From contig NMRA01000143.1 of assembly GCA_002633005.1 (NCBI GenBank), positions 377,402 through 441,401 of the forward strand: a stretch of DNA of 64,000 bases. Reading direction: 5' to 3'. The position numbers were made by a program, and so were the translations under genes. The DNA comes from Phoronis australis (lineage: Eukaryota > Animalia > Phoronida). Positions 24,265 through 36,333 of this stretch are shown here, piece after piece. A model generated the notes under the pieces. It was not told where the DNA came from. It made no database searches and saw only the letters and a program-made list of their open reading frames with translations. The first letter of the stretch is position 1. Every line of letters starts with the position of its first letter.

Positions 24265-27200
24265 ATTTCTAATGAACACGACAGTAATGTGGTCGCCTGG
24301 AAAACCAAAAGTGAACTCAGTAGGAAGACCGAGCTTGTCAAAGAAATCCACCAACTGGAGCTCAAGTAAGTATGCTACCTAGGCACCGGTCTGTCTGTAG
24401 TCAACACCTTCACCATGGCATTATCCCAATGTTAGTCAGTGTAAGCTCTGCAATGTGATGCCAGCTTTCGACAACTACCAGAACCTCTTTCAGGTTGTCT
24501 CTTTGTTTTGCTTTCATAATACATATTAGGTCTCAATAGTTCACATGGTAAGTTGCCAAGGCTTAAAATGTATGTTTCAGAATTCTGAAATGTCACTACT
24601 GCGTTTGTCTGGGTTTAATGCCCATATTTGACCAAAAATTCCGAATTTTCAGTTTAAATGTAAATACCCATCCTTGGTGATATGCACACATTTACTTTAT
24701 ATTATCATGGCAGCCATAAATGTCATTGCTTGACGCTTAGCTTGACAGCAAGGTGCATTTTGTATGAAAACCTTTTTCAAACACAACTCTGTGTTACGGT
24801 TTTATGTGGGTATATTCTAGAGATCTACAAGATACATCTATTCACTATGCTGTCTAACTCTCAACTGAAAACTTGTTTGTCAGAACTAGAGATCATATGC
24901 TCATGAGCCATAATCAGATTTCAGAGAATTGTTTTGCACATCTTGCGCAATCTATGATTATAGCTACTAGTGCCATATAAGGTTATGTTTTGAACTCTGC
25001 AAGTTTAATGGAAACCACGAACATGATACATTTGGCGACTTGCATTCAGGTTAAGCGCCAAGCACTTGCCAAAAATCCGATGTCGTCAAAACAGATATTG
25101 AAATCATTGACTAAAAAAGGTCTTGCCATACTCTGTTCTAAGAAAATTATGCATACCTGCTCTTCAATTTCTCCCCGTAAAACATATGCACCGTTCAATC
25201 TCTAACTTAATTTCTCGTGCCAACAAAGAACGCAGACGACCGCATACACTGGAGTTGCGTGTTTCATGGTCCGATCTTGCCCGATTTTTGCCAAACTGTT
25301 TCAAATTCTGTCTGCCTACTTTATGTCAGCTGATTTTTTACTTTTTTTGCACATGTAGTCAAGCTTACCTAAATGCAATTCTCTCGTGTTCAACCCAAAT
25401 GGGCAGTTTGTGTTACCTTCTATCCCCTCTTGGAAAATTTTGCTTTTAAATTTCTGTGTTGCAGTGAAGACTCAGGCACTGATTTTGTGAGGTTTTCAAT
25501 TCTAATTCTGTCAGCGTTAACCCATGATTACTGTTAGTAATTCAGGAAGAATGAAGAACAGAAGTAAGACCTTATCAATAGTGCGCATTAGCAGAAAGGC
25601 CTGGGTTTGAACCCCTGGTCAGAGCAGAGATCTTTTCAGTCTTAAATAAAGGTCACCTGATTGATCACAATTGTTTTTAGCCAAAACATGAGCACGGACT
25701 TTAAAATTAGCACGTAAGTAAACAAAGATATATTGTTTGGTCAAAACATGAGCACAAACTTTAAAATTAGCGCTTAAGTAAACAAAGTCACCTGATGTGG
25801 CCAACGTCTGTCGTATATGTATACTAATAATTATTGTTGATACTATTTCAAGGCGCTGATTTATAGCAGCACAATTATATTGTACACATTACTTCATGTA
25901 ACCCTGCTCCATAATCCAGAATGTGGCCATAGTAATATCGCAGTGAGGCAGTGAGAAAAAAATTGTTTTAGAATTCAGAAAATGGCAATAGTAATATTAC
26001 AGTAACTCAGTGAACATGGCTAACATTTGTTTCAGAATTCAAAGTGTATCAGTAGTGATATCGATGTGACTCAGTGAATATTGGTAACATTTGTTTCAGA
26101 ATTCATAATGTATCAGTAGTGATATCACTGTGACTCAATGAATGTTGGTAACATTTGTTTCAGAATTCAGAACATGGCCAGAGAGAAACAGACACATCTG
26201 TACAGTAAGAGAAGTGAGTTCAAGAAGGAGTTTTCTCCCCTGGAGGAGCTAGACAATAAGATGCACAACGAACTGAAGACTGAAAGTGAGTAGGCAGCAG
26301 TTGAGTGAGCAGACTTGTCCAGAATAGAAGCCTTCTTATTGGCTGGTTGACAGGCATGTGACAAAAGGACACTGAGCTAGGATGATATTTAGTAATCACG
26401 TCCCCAAATACCATAGTGCCACTGTGACTGGTATTTTAGCTAGATGGCTGTTTATTGTGCTAATCTCCATTTATCATTGAAATTATTGCCACATTTGAAT
26501 TAATAATGCTCCAGTGCTGACTACGATATATTTGACTTGATAAGTGAGGCCTTTAGTATCGTCCTTTTCTTGTGCAACTTACCTCAGATATGTGTTGGCT
26601 GCCTTACTCAGTCATCAATGCATCACTGCGAATTTTTAAAAGCAAACAATAATTTGACAAAATCAAATTTCACTTGTGTGGCATATTGTGACCCAAACTG
26701 AAGAGTTTTTACCGTATTTGTGGAATTAACTTTAAAATGTCCATTTGAACAACTATTTCAAATTTTTTCTCTATATTGCTGCCACTTCCAGTGTCAATTT
26801 CTCAATGAAATTTTTTAAATTCATTGAATAAAACTGTTTATTGTTACAATGAGGCTGAACAAGTTTAAAAAGCACTGAAAATAACTAAACCACTATGTAA
26901 GTAGTAAATTTTGTAATAGCGTTTCCTGATATTTGGATGAACCTTGATTTCTTTTTTTTGAAGCAAAGGATTAAGCAGGCATACTTTGGAAGATGTACGT
27001 TGTCTCTCACAAATGAAAGCGGGCTTAACGTGAATCAGGGTTGAATGGTGTATTTTCATTTCCAGGGACAAAGTTACGGCAGCAGTTGTCGCGTATGAGG
27101 ACTATGGTGGGCAGGTTCCATCGAGAGCTACAGAATGTCCGTCCCACACCAGAGTGTAATTATTGTGATATACTTTGTTGGCATCCATCTCATGTAATAT

Positions 27201-30200
27201 TGTTGTCGATTCTTTGTTTTGAATTCAGCTAGTAATTAGAGTAGTATGTTCAAGTATTCTGCCAAAGAATGTCAATTAGATAATATGTTCAAGCTTTTAA
27301 CATTCACTGGGCATCGTAGTCAAAGTTGGAGTGGAATTTGACAGGTCACTGGACACAGAAAGTTGAATGACACAGAGAATTTTTAATGAAAACTAGAAGT
27401 TTAAATGTGCCTGCTTTGTCATTTGATAGGTGCTTGAAACATGTTTAGTCAGACGCTCCAATACAAAGCATTTTCAAATGAGTGGGACTCAATGAGTGAT
27501 TGAAGAATGTGACTGTGCTTTTTTACACAAAAGTTATCGGACAAAACCACTGTTTCCTCATCTTGATGGTGAATTTGTTCACAACAAAAATGGCTGGTGA
27601 TAATTGTTATGGGGGAAATTTACACTAAGAATAGCTTTGTCATCTGATTAAGTAGTCTCCTGTTACTTCCCTTCATTCTCAGTCATGAGAGAAGAAAACT
27701 CTGATGAGGAACTCTTCCGCATCGCCGTCATGACGGAGAATTCTGGGTCATTTTTTTCTGAATATGTTTGGCTTGTACTTTATATGACTTATTCTTGCTC
27801 ACAGTTGTGGAGAAATTGAAAGTCATCATGGAAGAGATTGAGGGTTCTATCACATCCTTCAAAGAACAGCAGCGCACAAGGTACAGTTGAAAATAGCTTA
27901 AAACAATCTATCTCCTGTGTACTGACCAGTGGTGCATGCCTAACTGTGCACTGACCTGTGGTGCATGCCTAACTGTGTACTCACCACTGGTGCATGCCTG
28001 ACTGTGTACTGACCAGTGATGCATGCCTAACTATGCACTGACCAGTGGTGCATGCCTACCTGTGCACTGACCAGTGACTTATGGCTGTGTTTACGCAGCA
28101 ATTGTCCTCACTTCTTTGCCCTATGTGATGCTAGCTTTCCTAATTGATAATATTCCATAGCTTGAAAAACTTGAATTTTGTTCGCCTTTAAAGTGAATTA
28201 TAATGATTGAACATGGGTGTTGTTTCAAAGCAAACAACTAATTGTGGTTTTCACAAAATATATACGAATGTCTTCGGGTTGAAAATGATGTGCAATTCAG
28301 TTTCTTTCAGTTCCTTTCACAATCTTTGTTTTATGTTTGACAGGATTTAGATGTATTTGACGACCATGGTCAATTGAAAATGTTGCTCAGTAGGTTGAGG
28401 TGTGGCCTTTTTTTCTTTAAGGTACGAGGACCTATTACGAGAAGAGAGAACCACTAGTCAAGAAATTACTGCACTGGAAAAGAGACTTGAAGCTTGGAAC
28501 CAGGCACCTGCGATTGTCATGGAAACTAAGTCAGCACGATCATCAAAGCCTGCCTCATCTGCTCGGGATATTACCAAAGATCTGCCCCCTGAGGTGGCTG
28601 CCTTCGAGGTATCTGGATTTTCTCAATATAACAAGACTGTTGCTATCCCCTCTTAGGTATTTTGGGCCATGAAGAGTCCAAGGTATGCTTGTGCTCATCT
28701 GTTCATAGACAGAGCTGTCTTGGCTATGTCAAGGGGCCTAGCTAGCACCACTGTGGTGAATGTCCACATAAGGGATGATAGCCATATTGTCGGTTTTGAA
28801 ACGTAATGTCTAACGATTTCCTAAATACTCGTTTGTGGTGGGAAAAATCTTGTTGAGACTTGAGATACATTGGCTCATCATTTTGTGTGATGACATGAAG
28901 CATGTTGAGACTTGAGACACACTGGTTCATCATTCTGTGTGACATGAAACATTAGATCAACATTCTTGGTGCATTATTTGTTTCTAAGGTTTATCAGATA
29001 TCCACAGCAACACATGGTGGATATATAGTTAGGCCATGGTCTATCAGATATCCACAACTGCACATAGTGGATACATGGCAAGATTTTGGTCTATCAGATA
29101 TCCACAGCAACACTTGGTGGATTTATGGTTGAGTCATGGTCTATCTGATATCCACAACATAACATGGTGGATACATGGTAAATACCCTGCAGACTCATTG
29201 TGACATACTTTTTCTGTCTTTCCACAGAGGTTCCTACTGCAGACTGGGGGTCACAGAGGTGGATGGGACGAGTACGATCATCAGACGTTCATGAAGTTCA
29301 GGCGCAGACACAAGGTATGATCATCAACTGTTCATGAAATCCAGACACACCCATGTGGTATGATTGTCAGATGTTCGGAAGTCGAGGTGCTGACTGCAGA
29401 CATATGGTGTGATCATCTGATTTCCAATAAATCCATGAACTGACGTAAGGTGTGATCTTTACTTGTTCACATACATAAGGTATACGATTTAGAGGAGAGA
29501 TGACCTACAAATATTTACAATTTATGTGATATAATTATTAATATGTGTATGGGGCTTTGTTAACTATATCTCGTGCATCAGGAGCCTGAGTACAGAAATA
29601 AACTATAGTGTTTGTCACGTTTTACCCATGGATGAGTGGGTGCAGGTTGTCACTGACCGGTGGTAGTACCTTTGAGTGCGACGATAGACTGAAGATTGGT
29701 TCCAGTTAATCGCTCATTAATCTCAAGAATACGTTCGCAGTTCTACTCAAATAAAATGTCCGATGTAATGTCTGTCCAGCCATTGCTGCGAAGCTCTTCA
29801 GTCAATTCCAGCAGCTGTTACAATTGTTGGTTCAATAACTTGCTGTCTCTGTAGCTCTAACTTTGTAGCTGTAGCTTTGAACTCAACTGTAACAGTAACT
29901 TTAATGTAACCATATCTTTAACTGTCTCTCACTTACCCATCACTGGGTAATGAACTGGAACTTTTCACCAATTCCAGCAGATTCTAGAACTTTCTGGAAT
30001 CTACCCAGTCATTCTTCAAACACATACCAGGCTATAGAATATCCCATGGTATGGTTCTATATTAATCACTAATATGCTGGAATCTACTAGAATGTTCACA
30101 AGTTTTCTATTGTAAACGTCATTGTCTGGCCTCATGTTTATCAAGTGCTATCTGCTAGAACAGTCAACTAAAACTTGTAGAACTAAAACCAATGCCATTC

Positions 30201-33200
30201 CTCTCTTGAAAATGTTTAAAATTCATTGAAATGTAGCCGCATAGAATTTTGAGGCACAGACTTTTCAGTATGATGATCACTTGAAATGTCTGATCTCGAT
30301 GTTACATTGAAATTTTTAATTTCAAATTATTGACTGAGTTAAAGTGAACAACTTCTAGGCCATGACAATTGCACGGAGAGAATGTACTCAAGTTAACAAA
30401 TTTGTGATGTACAGTTTTGTTATAATTTAACTGCAGGGACGTGGCACTTTCATGCAAGATCTAATCCCTTCCCTGCCCACAAAGACTGAACAACAGATCC
30501 GAGATCACGAGAGCTGGCATCAAGAATACAATATGCTTAATGAGAGGAAGAAGGAAGCTATTCAGAAATGGCGTGAAACTAAAGAGGTGAACTTAGTGCT
30601 ACTCTGCTGTTTGACACCTTGTGCCAGTAGAATTAAGGGCCTTAAACTCTGCCACCCTTTTACACAGAAAACAATTTGTGATATAGACCACTTACCATTA
30701 TGAAATTGGTCTCAAATTGTGCCTTGTCAAACGAGAGGTGGCTTCAGGGCTTCGATAGTACTGACAATTTGATATCGGCTGAGGCTAGGTTCTACAAAGA
30801 AGTTTGTCATTTTATGCACAGGGCATGGTCTTAACGAAAAACCAATAGTCAGTCCTTTTACAAACCCAGGAATTACTTGTTATCTCAGCAAGGAACAAGT
30901 TTTAAGTTAAGTTCATTTTTTGGAAAAAAAGTGGGTTTTATAACAGCGCTGCTTTAGGTGATACAGTTTCTTATTGTTTGTGATATGGCTTAATATGTGA
31001 TCATCATGACCAATGAACAAACCAGAACTCCATCTAGTGTCTGGTCAAGGAACCATCCTGTTTGGTCAATCGTAGTGATCTCATCTACATAACATGACGG
31101 GCCTTGTAGAAGTGGTTTATTGAGCCAGGTCTCAAGCAGTAGAGACCAGATTTTCTAATTTTTTGAATCCCTGCTGCTGTGTCCCTTTGCTTGATTGATA
31201 TCTTAGTTGCAAATGTTGAAAACCGTTGATTTTGAAAACTTTTTGATTTTATGTTAGTTTTTAAAGGTCAAGTACCAACACTTGCTCTCAATTCTGACTA
31301 TTGCAGCTCCCCCTTGTGACCAAATTGTTGTCTCCTTGTACCTTACATGAAACTGATAAGCTCCCCTTGAAAAATGCTGTTTGCGGTGCAGTTTGGGCGC
31401 ATATTGACACTTCACGTTGCCCTTGTTGGGATGGTTGATAGTCTTGTTAGACTTCTTGAAGTTATTAGCTTTGACCAGAGATTTAAAACAAAAAATCCAC
31501 TGTGTTTTTAATTTTTGTTACAAATCACCAAGTGAATTCTCATATTGGCTGCCAGCCATTGGCTGAAATTGACGTTGATGACTTAATCAGTTAAATACGC
31601 TTAGAAACTCTACCACCTACCGAGTGGGATGTAGCTCATTCAAAATGTTGTGTATTGACCACAGAGGTCGTGAGATCAAACCCATCTCGAGGATGATCTG
31701 AAAAAAAATGTTTTCTCACTGATTGTGTCTTCAAGAATCTTCCGTCATTTCAGAAAGAAAAGGAGGAACTACTCACTCATAGAGATGACAAGGAGAGCAG
31801 TGATGAAGATTCCAAGATGGCGGCAGTAATGAAGAAAATGGAGGAAGAGAAGCAAGAAAGGTTTTCAAAACTTAACGCATGGAAAGTACGTGGGGGGAGT
31901 TTAAGATTTTACCTTTTTGATCGCAAGATGTGGCCGCATTGCCAGTAAAAATCACGTTTTCCATCTTTTCCAGAGGTTGTTAAAAGTAAAATTGTTGATG
32001 CAGAAATATTTATCAGCCAATAACTAAGCACAATATGCTCTAAGTTTATCAGCAAAATACTCTGCAATGGTAATTTATATGTACATTAATAACTATGCAT
32101 AGAACATTGTCATACTATAAATATAAATTGTTTAAACAACTACCTATATTACATGACAACATTTTTAATTATGCCTTATATTTTTATTCAATGCACATTA
32201 TTGTCATGTGATATTTATCATCTGAGCCTTATGGGAGAGCAGTTTTCATTATTTTAATGTTGTATACTAAATATGTAGGCGATGTGGATGTATTGATCAC
32301 CACCGTCATTGACATCGAATACTTATGAGGTTGCAAATGTTAAACTTGTCGATCAACAGTTACTTTTCAAAGCAACGCGTGTAACAACATGCCTAGAATT
32401 CATTCAAACGGGATGTGTGTTCAACATTAGGTTCAAAAGGATCTGGAAAGAGCTGAAGAGGAGGAGAGGAAGGCGCAGGAAAAAATGAAGCAAGAGCAAG
32501 AGAAAATCAAAGAGCTTGACAGACAAGTAGGAATATGTACTGTTTGCCATGCTGGTCTGAGTTAATGCCAGGGGGCTTGAATGGGGAAATTATGAATGTT
32601 TAGACGAGCAGGGGCGATGGGAAATTCTGATTTAGAAGTTTTGCTGGGTGTCTACTTAAACGGTTGATATGTACTCTCACGAAAATGCCTTCAATAATTT
32701 TTGCACGCAAATACGATATGAGAATGCAGATGAGATAAAAAAGTGTTTTTTCCGCTTGAATGTGGCAGTGCTAATGAAACTGACTTCGTTATACATAATT
32801 GAGTGGCCCACATTTTTAGCTTAAACTCTCATGAGATGGGCATTCACAAAGACAGTGACATTTTTATGTAAATCTCACTTGTATAAATTTTGAGGGGTGT
32901 TAAGCCAAGCATGAGTGTTTGAAAATGAAAATTTAGCATTTCGGGGTTGGAGGTTAGGACGAGTGTACTTTAAGTTTCTTCAATTTAGAACACAGTGTGA
33001 CAGAACAGCAAAAGATTATTTTATCAAAATTTTCAACAAAAGTAAACAGGAAGAAAATTTTAATTCCTTATTTCCAAAGTTGACATTGTACAACTGTCGC
33101 AATGAAATTTGAGCATTTTTGTGAATACAGTTAGTTTTAAAAGTTGGGAAAATGTCGATTTTGGCAATGATTTTTGTTTAAATTTTAAGTTACTTTACTG

Positions 33201-36200
33201 TACATGCACTTTAGAGTTAATATCAAAATCAATTAGGCTGTGTGGTGGCATAGGTGATCTAATCGTAAGATGACAAATTTAATATTTTTAAACAGCGAGA
33301 AGTGAAAGCAATGCTGGACCAATATAAAGCACAACGTGATGAAGAAGAAGAGTTTTTACGTCTGGAACAGGAGGCTCAAAAAGAGGCTGAACTGGAGTAC
33401 CGCCGACAGGAGCAGGCGAAGCATGCCGAGAAGATCAGACAGAGAGTGAGTTGATGACATCACCACAGATGTCATGGCTGATACTTAGCCCAGTTTTAAC
33501 ATACTAACAGAATGTTAACTTTAATGCACTAGATCACTTAAATCTGTGAACAAAACATTGCTCTGTAATTATCGTCAACCCTCAAAAATTTGAGAACTCG
33601 TTATTGAGTCTGTTAAAAAGGAGCAAGCATGACATGCCCTTTGCACGTGAGAGTTAATTGAGTGGCTGCAGGGAAGGACTCTAGGATCTATTGAGTGGCT
33701 GTAGGGAATGACTGTAGGATCTATCGAGTGGCTGTAGGGAATGACTGTAGGATCTATTGAGTGGCTGTAGGGAATGACTGTAGGATCTATTGAGTGGCTG
33801 TAGGGAATGACTGTAGGATCTATTGAGTGGCTGTAGGGAATGACTGTAGGATCTATTGAGTGGCTGTAGGGAATGACTGTAGGATCTATTGAGTGGCTGT
33901 AGGGAATGACTGTAGGATCTATTGAGTGGCTGTAGGGAATGACTGTAGGATCTATTGAGTGGCTGTAGGGAATGACTGTAGGATCTATTGAGTGGCTGTA
34001 GGGAATGACTGTAGGATCTATTGAGTGGCTGTAGGGAATGACTGTAGGATCTATTGAGTGGCTGTAGGGAATGACTGTAGGATCTATTGAGTGGCTGTAG
34101 GGAATGACTGTAGGATCTATTGAGTGGCTGTAGGGAATGACTGTAGGATCTATTGAGTGGCTGTAGGGAATGACTGTAGGATCTATTGAGTGGCTGTAGG
34201 GAATGACTGTAGGATCTATTGAGTGGCTGTAGGGAATGACTGTAGGATCTATTGAGTGGCTGTAGGGAATGACTGTAGGATCTATTGAGTGGCTGTAGGG
34301 AATGACTGTAGGATCTATTGAGTGGCTGTAGGGAATGACTGTAGGATCTATTGAGTGGCTGTAAGGAATGACTGTAGGATCTATTGAGTGGCTGTAGGGA
34401 AGGACTGTAGGATCTATTGAGTGGCTCTAGGGAAGGACTGTAGGATCTATTGAGTGGCTGTAGGGAAGGACTGTATGATCTATTGAGTGGCTCCAGGGAA
34501 GGACTGTAGGATCTATTGAGTGGTTGTAGGGAAGGACTGTAGGATCTATTGAGTGGCTGTAGGGAATGACTGTAGGATATATTGAGTGATTGAACGAGGA
34601 AGTGTTGTAGCTGAATTGTTCATTTATCTCTGAGGGGACGTATTGATAGATCAATTATTTGAATTTTTGGCAAAATCGGTGAAACAGGATAGCAGTTTCC
34701 TAATTTGTGAACAGAAAATCAACTTATTTTAATGGAATTGATTGAATTCTTTGTCCAAATTAGGTTTTTTTTTCAAGATTAGTGAGAGTAAAATGGGATT
34801 TATTTTCAACATGGTCTCATAAGGCATTACAGAATTGTCAAAACAATATAATTGAAATTAAAGCCTGTTTACGAGGTGATGAAATTCTGCCAAGAGCCGG
34901 AGTGCAATCGATGTACACTGAATGATAAGCGTGACCTCATTATCATTCGTGTTTACTATGTACACGGCACAGCCATTTTCACCTCTGCAGCGCATCAGTG
35001 TAGAACGCACTTCACATAATTTACACTTGCATTGAACTTTTAATTCAGTCAAGAAGTGAAAAGTATCACACATAATTTCCTGCTTGAGATTGCCTGAAGA
35101 ATGTACGCTGACGAGTGAATGCACCCTGAACTCTAAGCAATATTTGGAGCAACGCACCTTGTGCATGTAGTGTCCAAGTCATGTGTGACAAACATTCACC
35201 GTTGTTTTGTTTTCGTACATAATTTGGAGACTGTTTGTTGCAGAACCAACAGATAATTAGTGATAAGAAGAGGCGGGAACAGGAGAGACTGACAGCGGAG
35301 CAGGAAAAACAGAAAAGGCTGGAGAAACTAAGAAATCAGGTATTGTAATGTGTTAAAAGTTGAACACCACTTCTTGTAATGTGTTAAAAGTTATACACTA
35401 CTGCTCCATATACAATGCAAAAGGCTTTAGTTGTCAAGGTATTGTATTTTTATTTTCATCTTCTGTTGCTGAATTGCACTGTCGTGTGTGATTCAATCTC
35501 AGTACAGAGAAGTGTTTTTCCTTGGATGGATTTGGCAGATTATAAAAAACAAGTTTTTGGATTGCCACCGAGGGTTCTATTGACTCTACGTTACACTTTA
35601 AGGGACTCTTTTTCAACTGGTTCACTAGTGGAGAATTTTTTTTTTGGCAGGCAATAAACAAAGACTCTTTTATAATTTGTAACATTTGATATTTATTTTG
35701 TCCAACAGGTGGCATCACAAGTCACTGTCAACCGAGATCCCAGCCGACTACTGAAGATGACCAAGGGCTGGGAGGAGCGGAAAAAAGAGAAGAGCAAGAA
35801 TCCATCAGAGGGCAAAGGTCGGGTCATGACCTTACAGCACAGGTTTGTTTTCGATTCTCAGCCATGGTGGAAAATCACACAGTTGTAGTGATCAGATTAT
35901 CGGCAAATAAGTGCTTATAAAAAATTCATTTTTGCTATGAAAACGTTTGCAGTGGAATTGTTTATCCTTTCATTTCCAAGGATTGTTGTCGACTGCACAC
36001 CACTTCAGCTCAGGAGCAATCCTGTGTCCTGCACAAGGCCTTTGACACCCGGTATTAAAGGATCATATTCTGTGTAGTGTCTTGATTCATGGGTTTGTGA
36101 CTCATGTTCAAAGTATGTGAAGGACGTCTTTAGGTAGCAAGTTCTTGTTTCAGACGTCTTTAGTTTGTGTTTGTCCCAAGAGCAGTGCAAAAAATGGGTT

Positions 36201-36333
36201 TGTTGTTTCGCTGGTGCAGTGTTTGGAAACAGGCAGTTCCTGCTTTCATTTTGTACGTTGAATTTGACATTTCAACTAATGCCACACCTTTTTACTCAGG
36301 GCGGTCCCCAGCTGGAGACAAGGAGTTTCGTAA
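24265..36333 (+). CDS. CCDC112: Coiled-coil domain-containing protein 112 (start codon and first exon unresolved)
   Basis: Phase-consistent exons: 24265-24365, 26164-26285, 27066-27155, 27805-27880, 28422-28608, 29228-29314 (RFLLQTGGHRGGWDEYDHQTFMK), 30437-30586 (HESWHQEY..ERKKEAIQKWRETK), 31754-31885, 32431-32526, 33296-33445, 35244-35339, 35709-35842 (VNRDPSRLLKMTKGWEER) and 36300-36333 (RAVPSWRQGVS*). These motifs match CCDC112 as recalled. Confidence 0.92.
25565..25800 (+). mobile_element. Possible tRNA-derived SINE remnant with an internal ~61-bp duplication
   Basis: B-box-like GGGTTTGAACCCC near 25604, followed by duplicated AAAACATGAGCAC..ACTTTAAAATTAGC..TAAGTAAACAAAG. Confidence 0.4.
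25917..26170 (+). repeat. 64-bp tandem repeat (x4) that includes a CCDC112 splice acceptor
   Basis: TTTGTTTCAG/AATTCA-type sites recur with the AG ending at 25971, 26035, 26099 and 26163, exactly 64 bp apart. Confidence 0.9.
27915..28076. repeat. 29-bp minisatellite (CTGTGTACTGACCAGTGGTGCATGCCTAA), ~5.5 copies
   Basis: Directly visible tandem units starting about 35 nt after the donor at 27880. Confidence 0.92.
28990..29180. repeat. ~51-bp tandem repeat (x4), each unit with an internal TATCCAC..GTGGAT inverted repeat
   Basis: TATCAGATATCCACA..ACATGGTGGATA..GGTC repeated four times. Confidence 0.88.
29272..29457 (+). repeat. ~43-bp degenerate tandem repeat derived from an exon end plus its donor site
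   Basis: Units start with GT(A/G)(C/T)GAT at 29272 (exonic), 29315, 29358, 29407 and 29450. Confidence 0.8.
29613..30367. mobile_element. Possible solo LTR remnant
   Basis: Begins TGTCACG and ends CATGACA (TG..CA inverted ends), with internal low-complexity TAAC/TAGC runs and TTCTAGAA motifs. No TSD was found, so the boundaries are uncertain. Confidence 0.35.
33657..34589. repeat. 33-bp minisatellite (ATTGAGTGGCTGTAGGGAATGACTGTAGGATCT), ~28 copies
   Basis: Near-identical central units with diverged units at both edges and no spacers. Confidence 0.98.

Noticed and set aside
27676-27745. Hammerhead-like CTGATGAG followed by a GGAA/TTCC stem
   Set aside because: The required GAAA after stem II is GCAT. 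The segment is better explained as a small foldback (ATTCTCAGTCATGA..TCATGACGGAGAAT).
28609-28620. Possible U12-type intron (GTATCT..)
   Set aside because: Does not match the GTATCCTT consensus. All introns I reconstructed look like ordinary GT-AG introns.
31620-31700. tRNA-like sequence (TGTAGCTCA..GAGATCAAACCC)
   Set aside because: The boxes are degenerate and there is no convincing cloverleaf. At most it is a decayed SINE head.
33657-34589. CRISPR-like regular repeat
   Set aside because: Units are contiguous with no unique spacers, the context is a eukaryotic intron and there are no cas genes.
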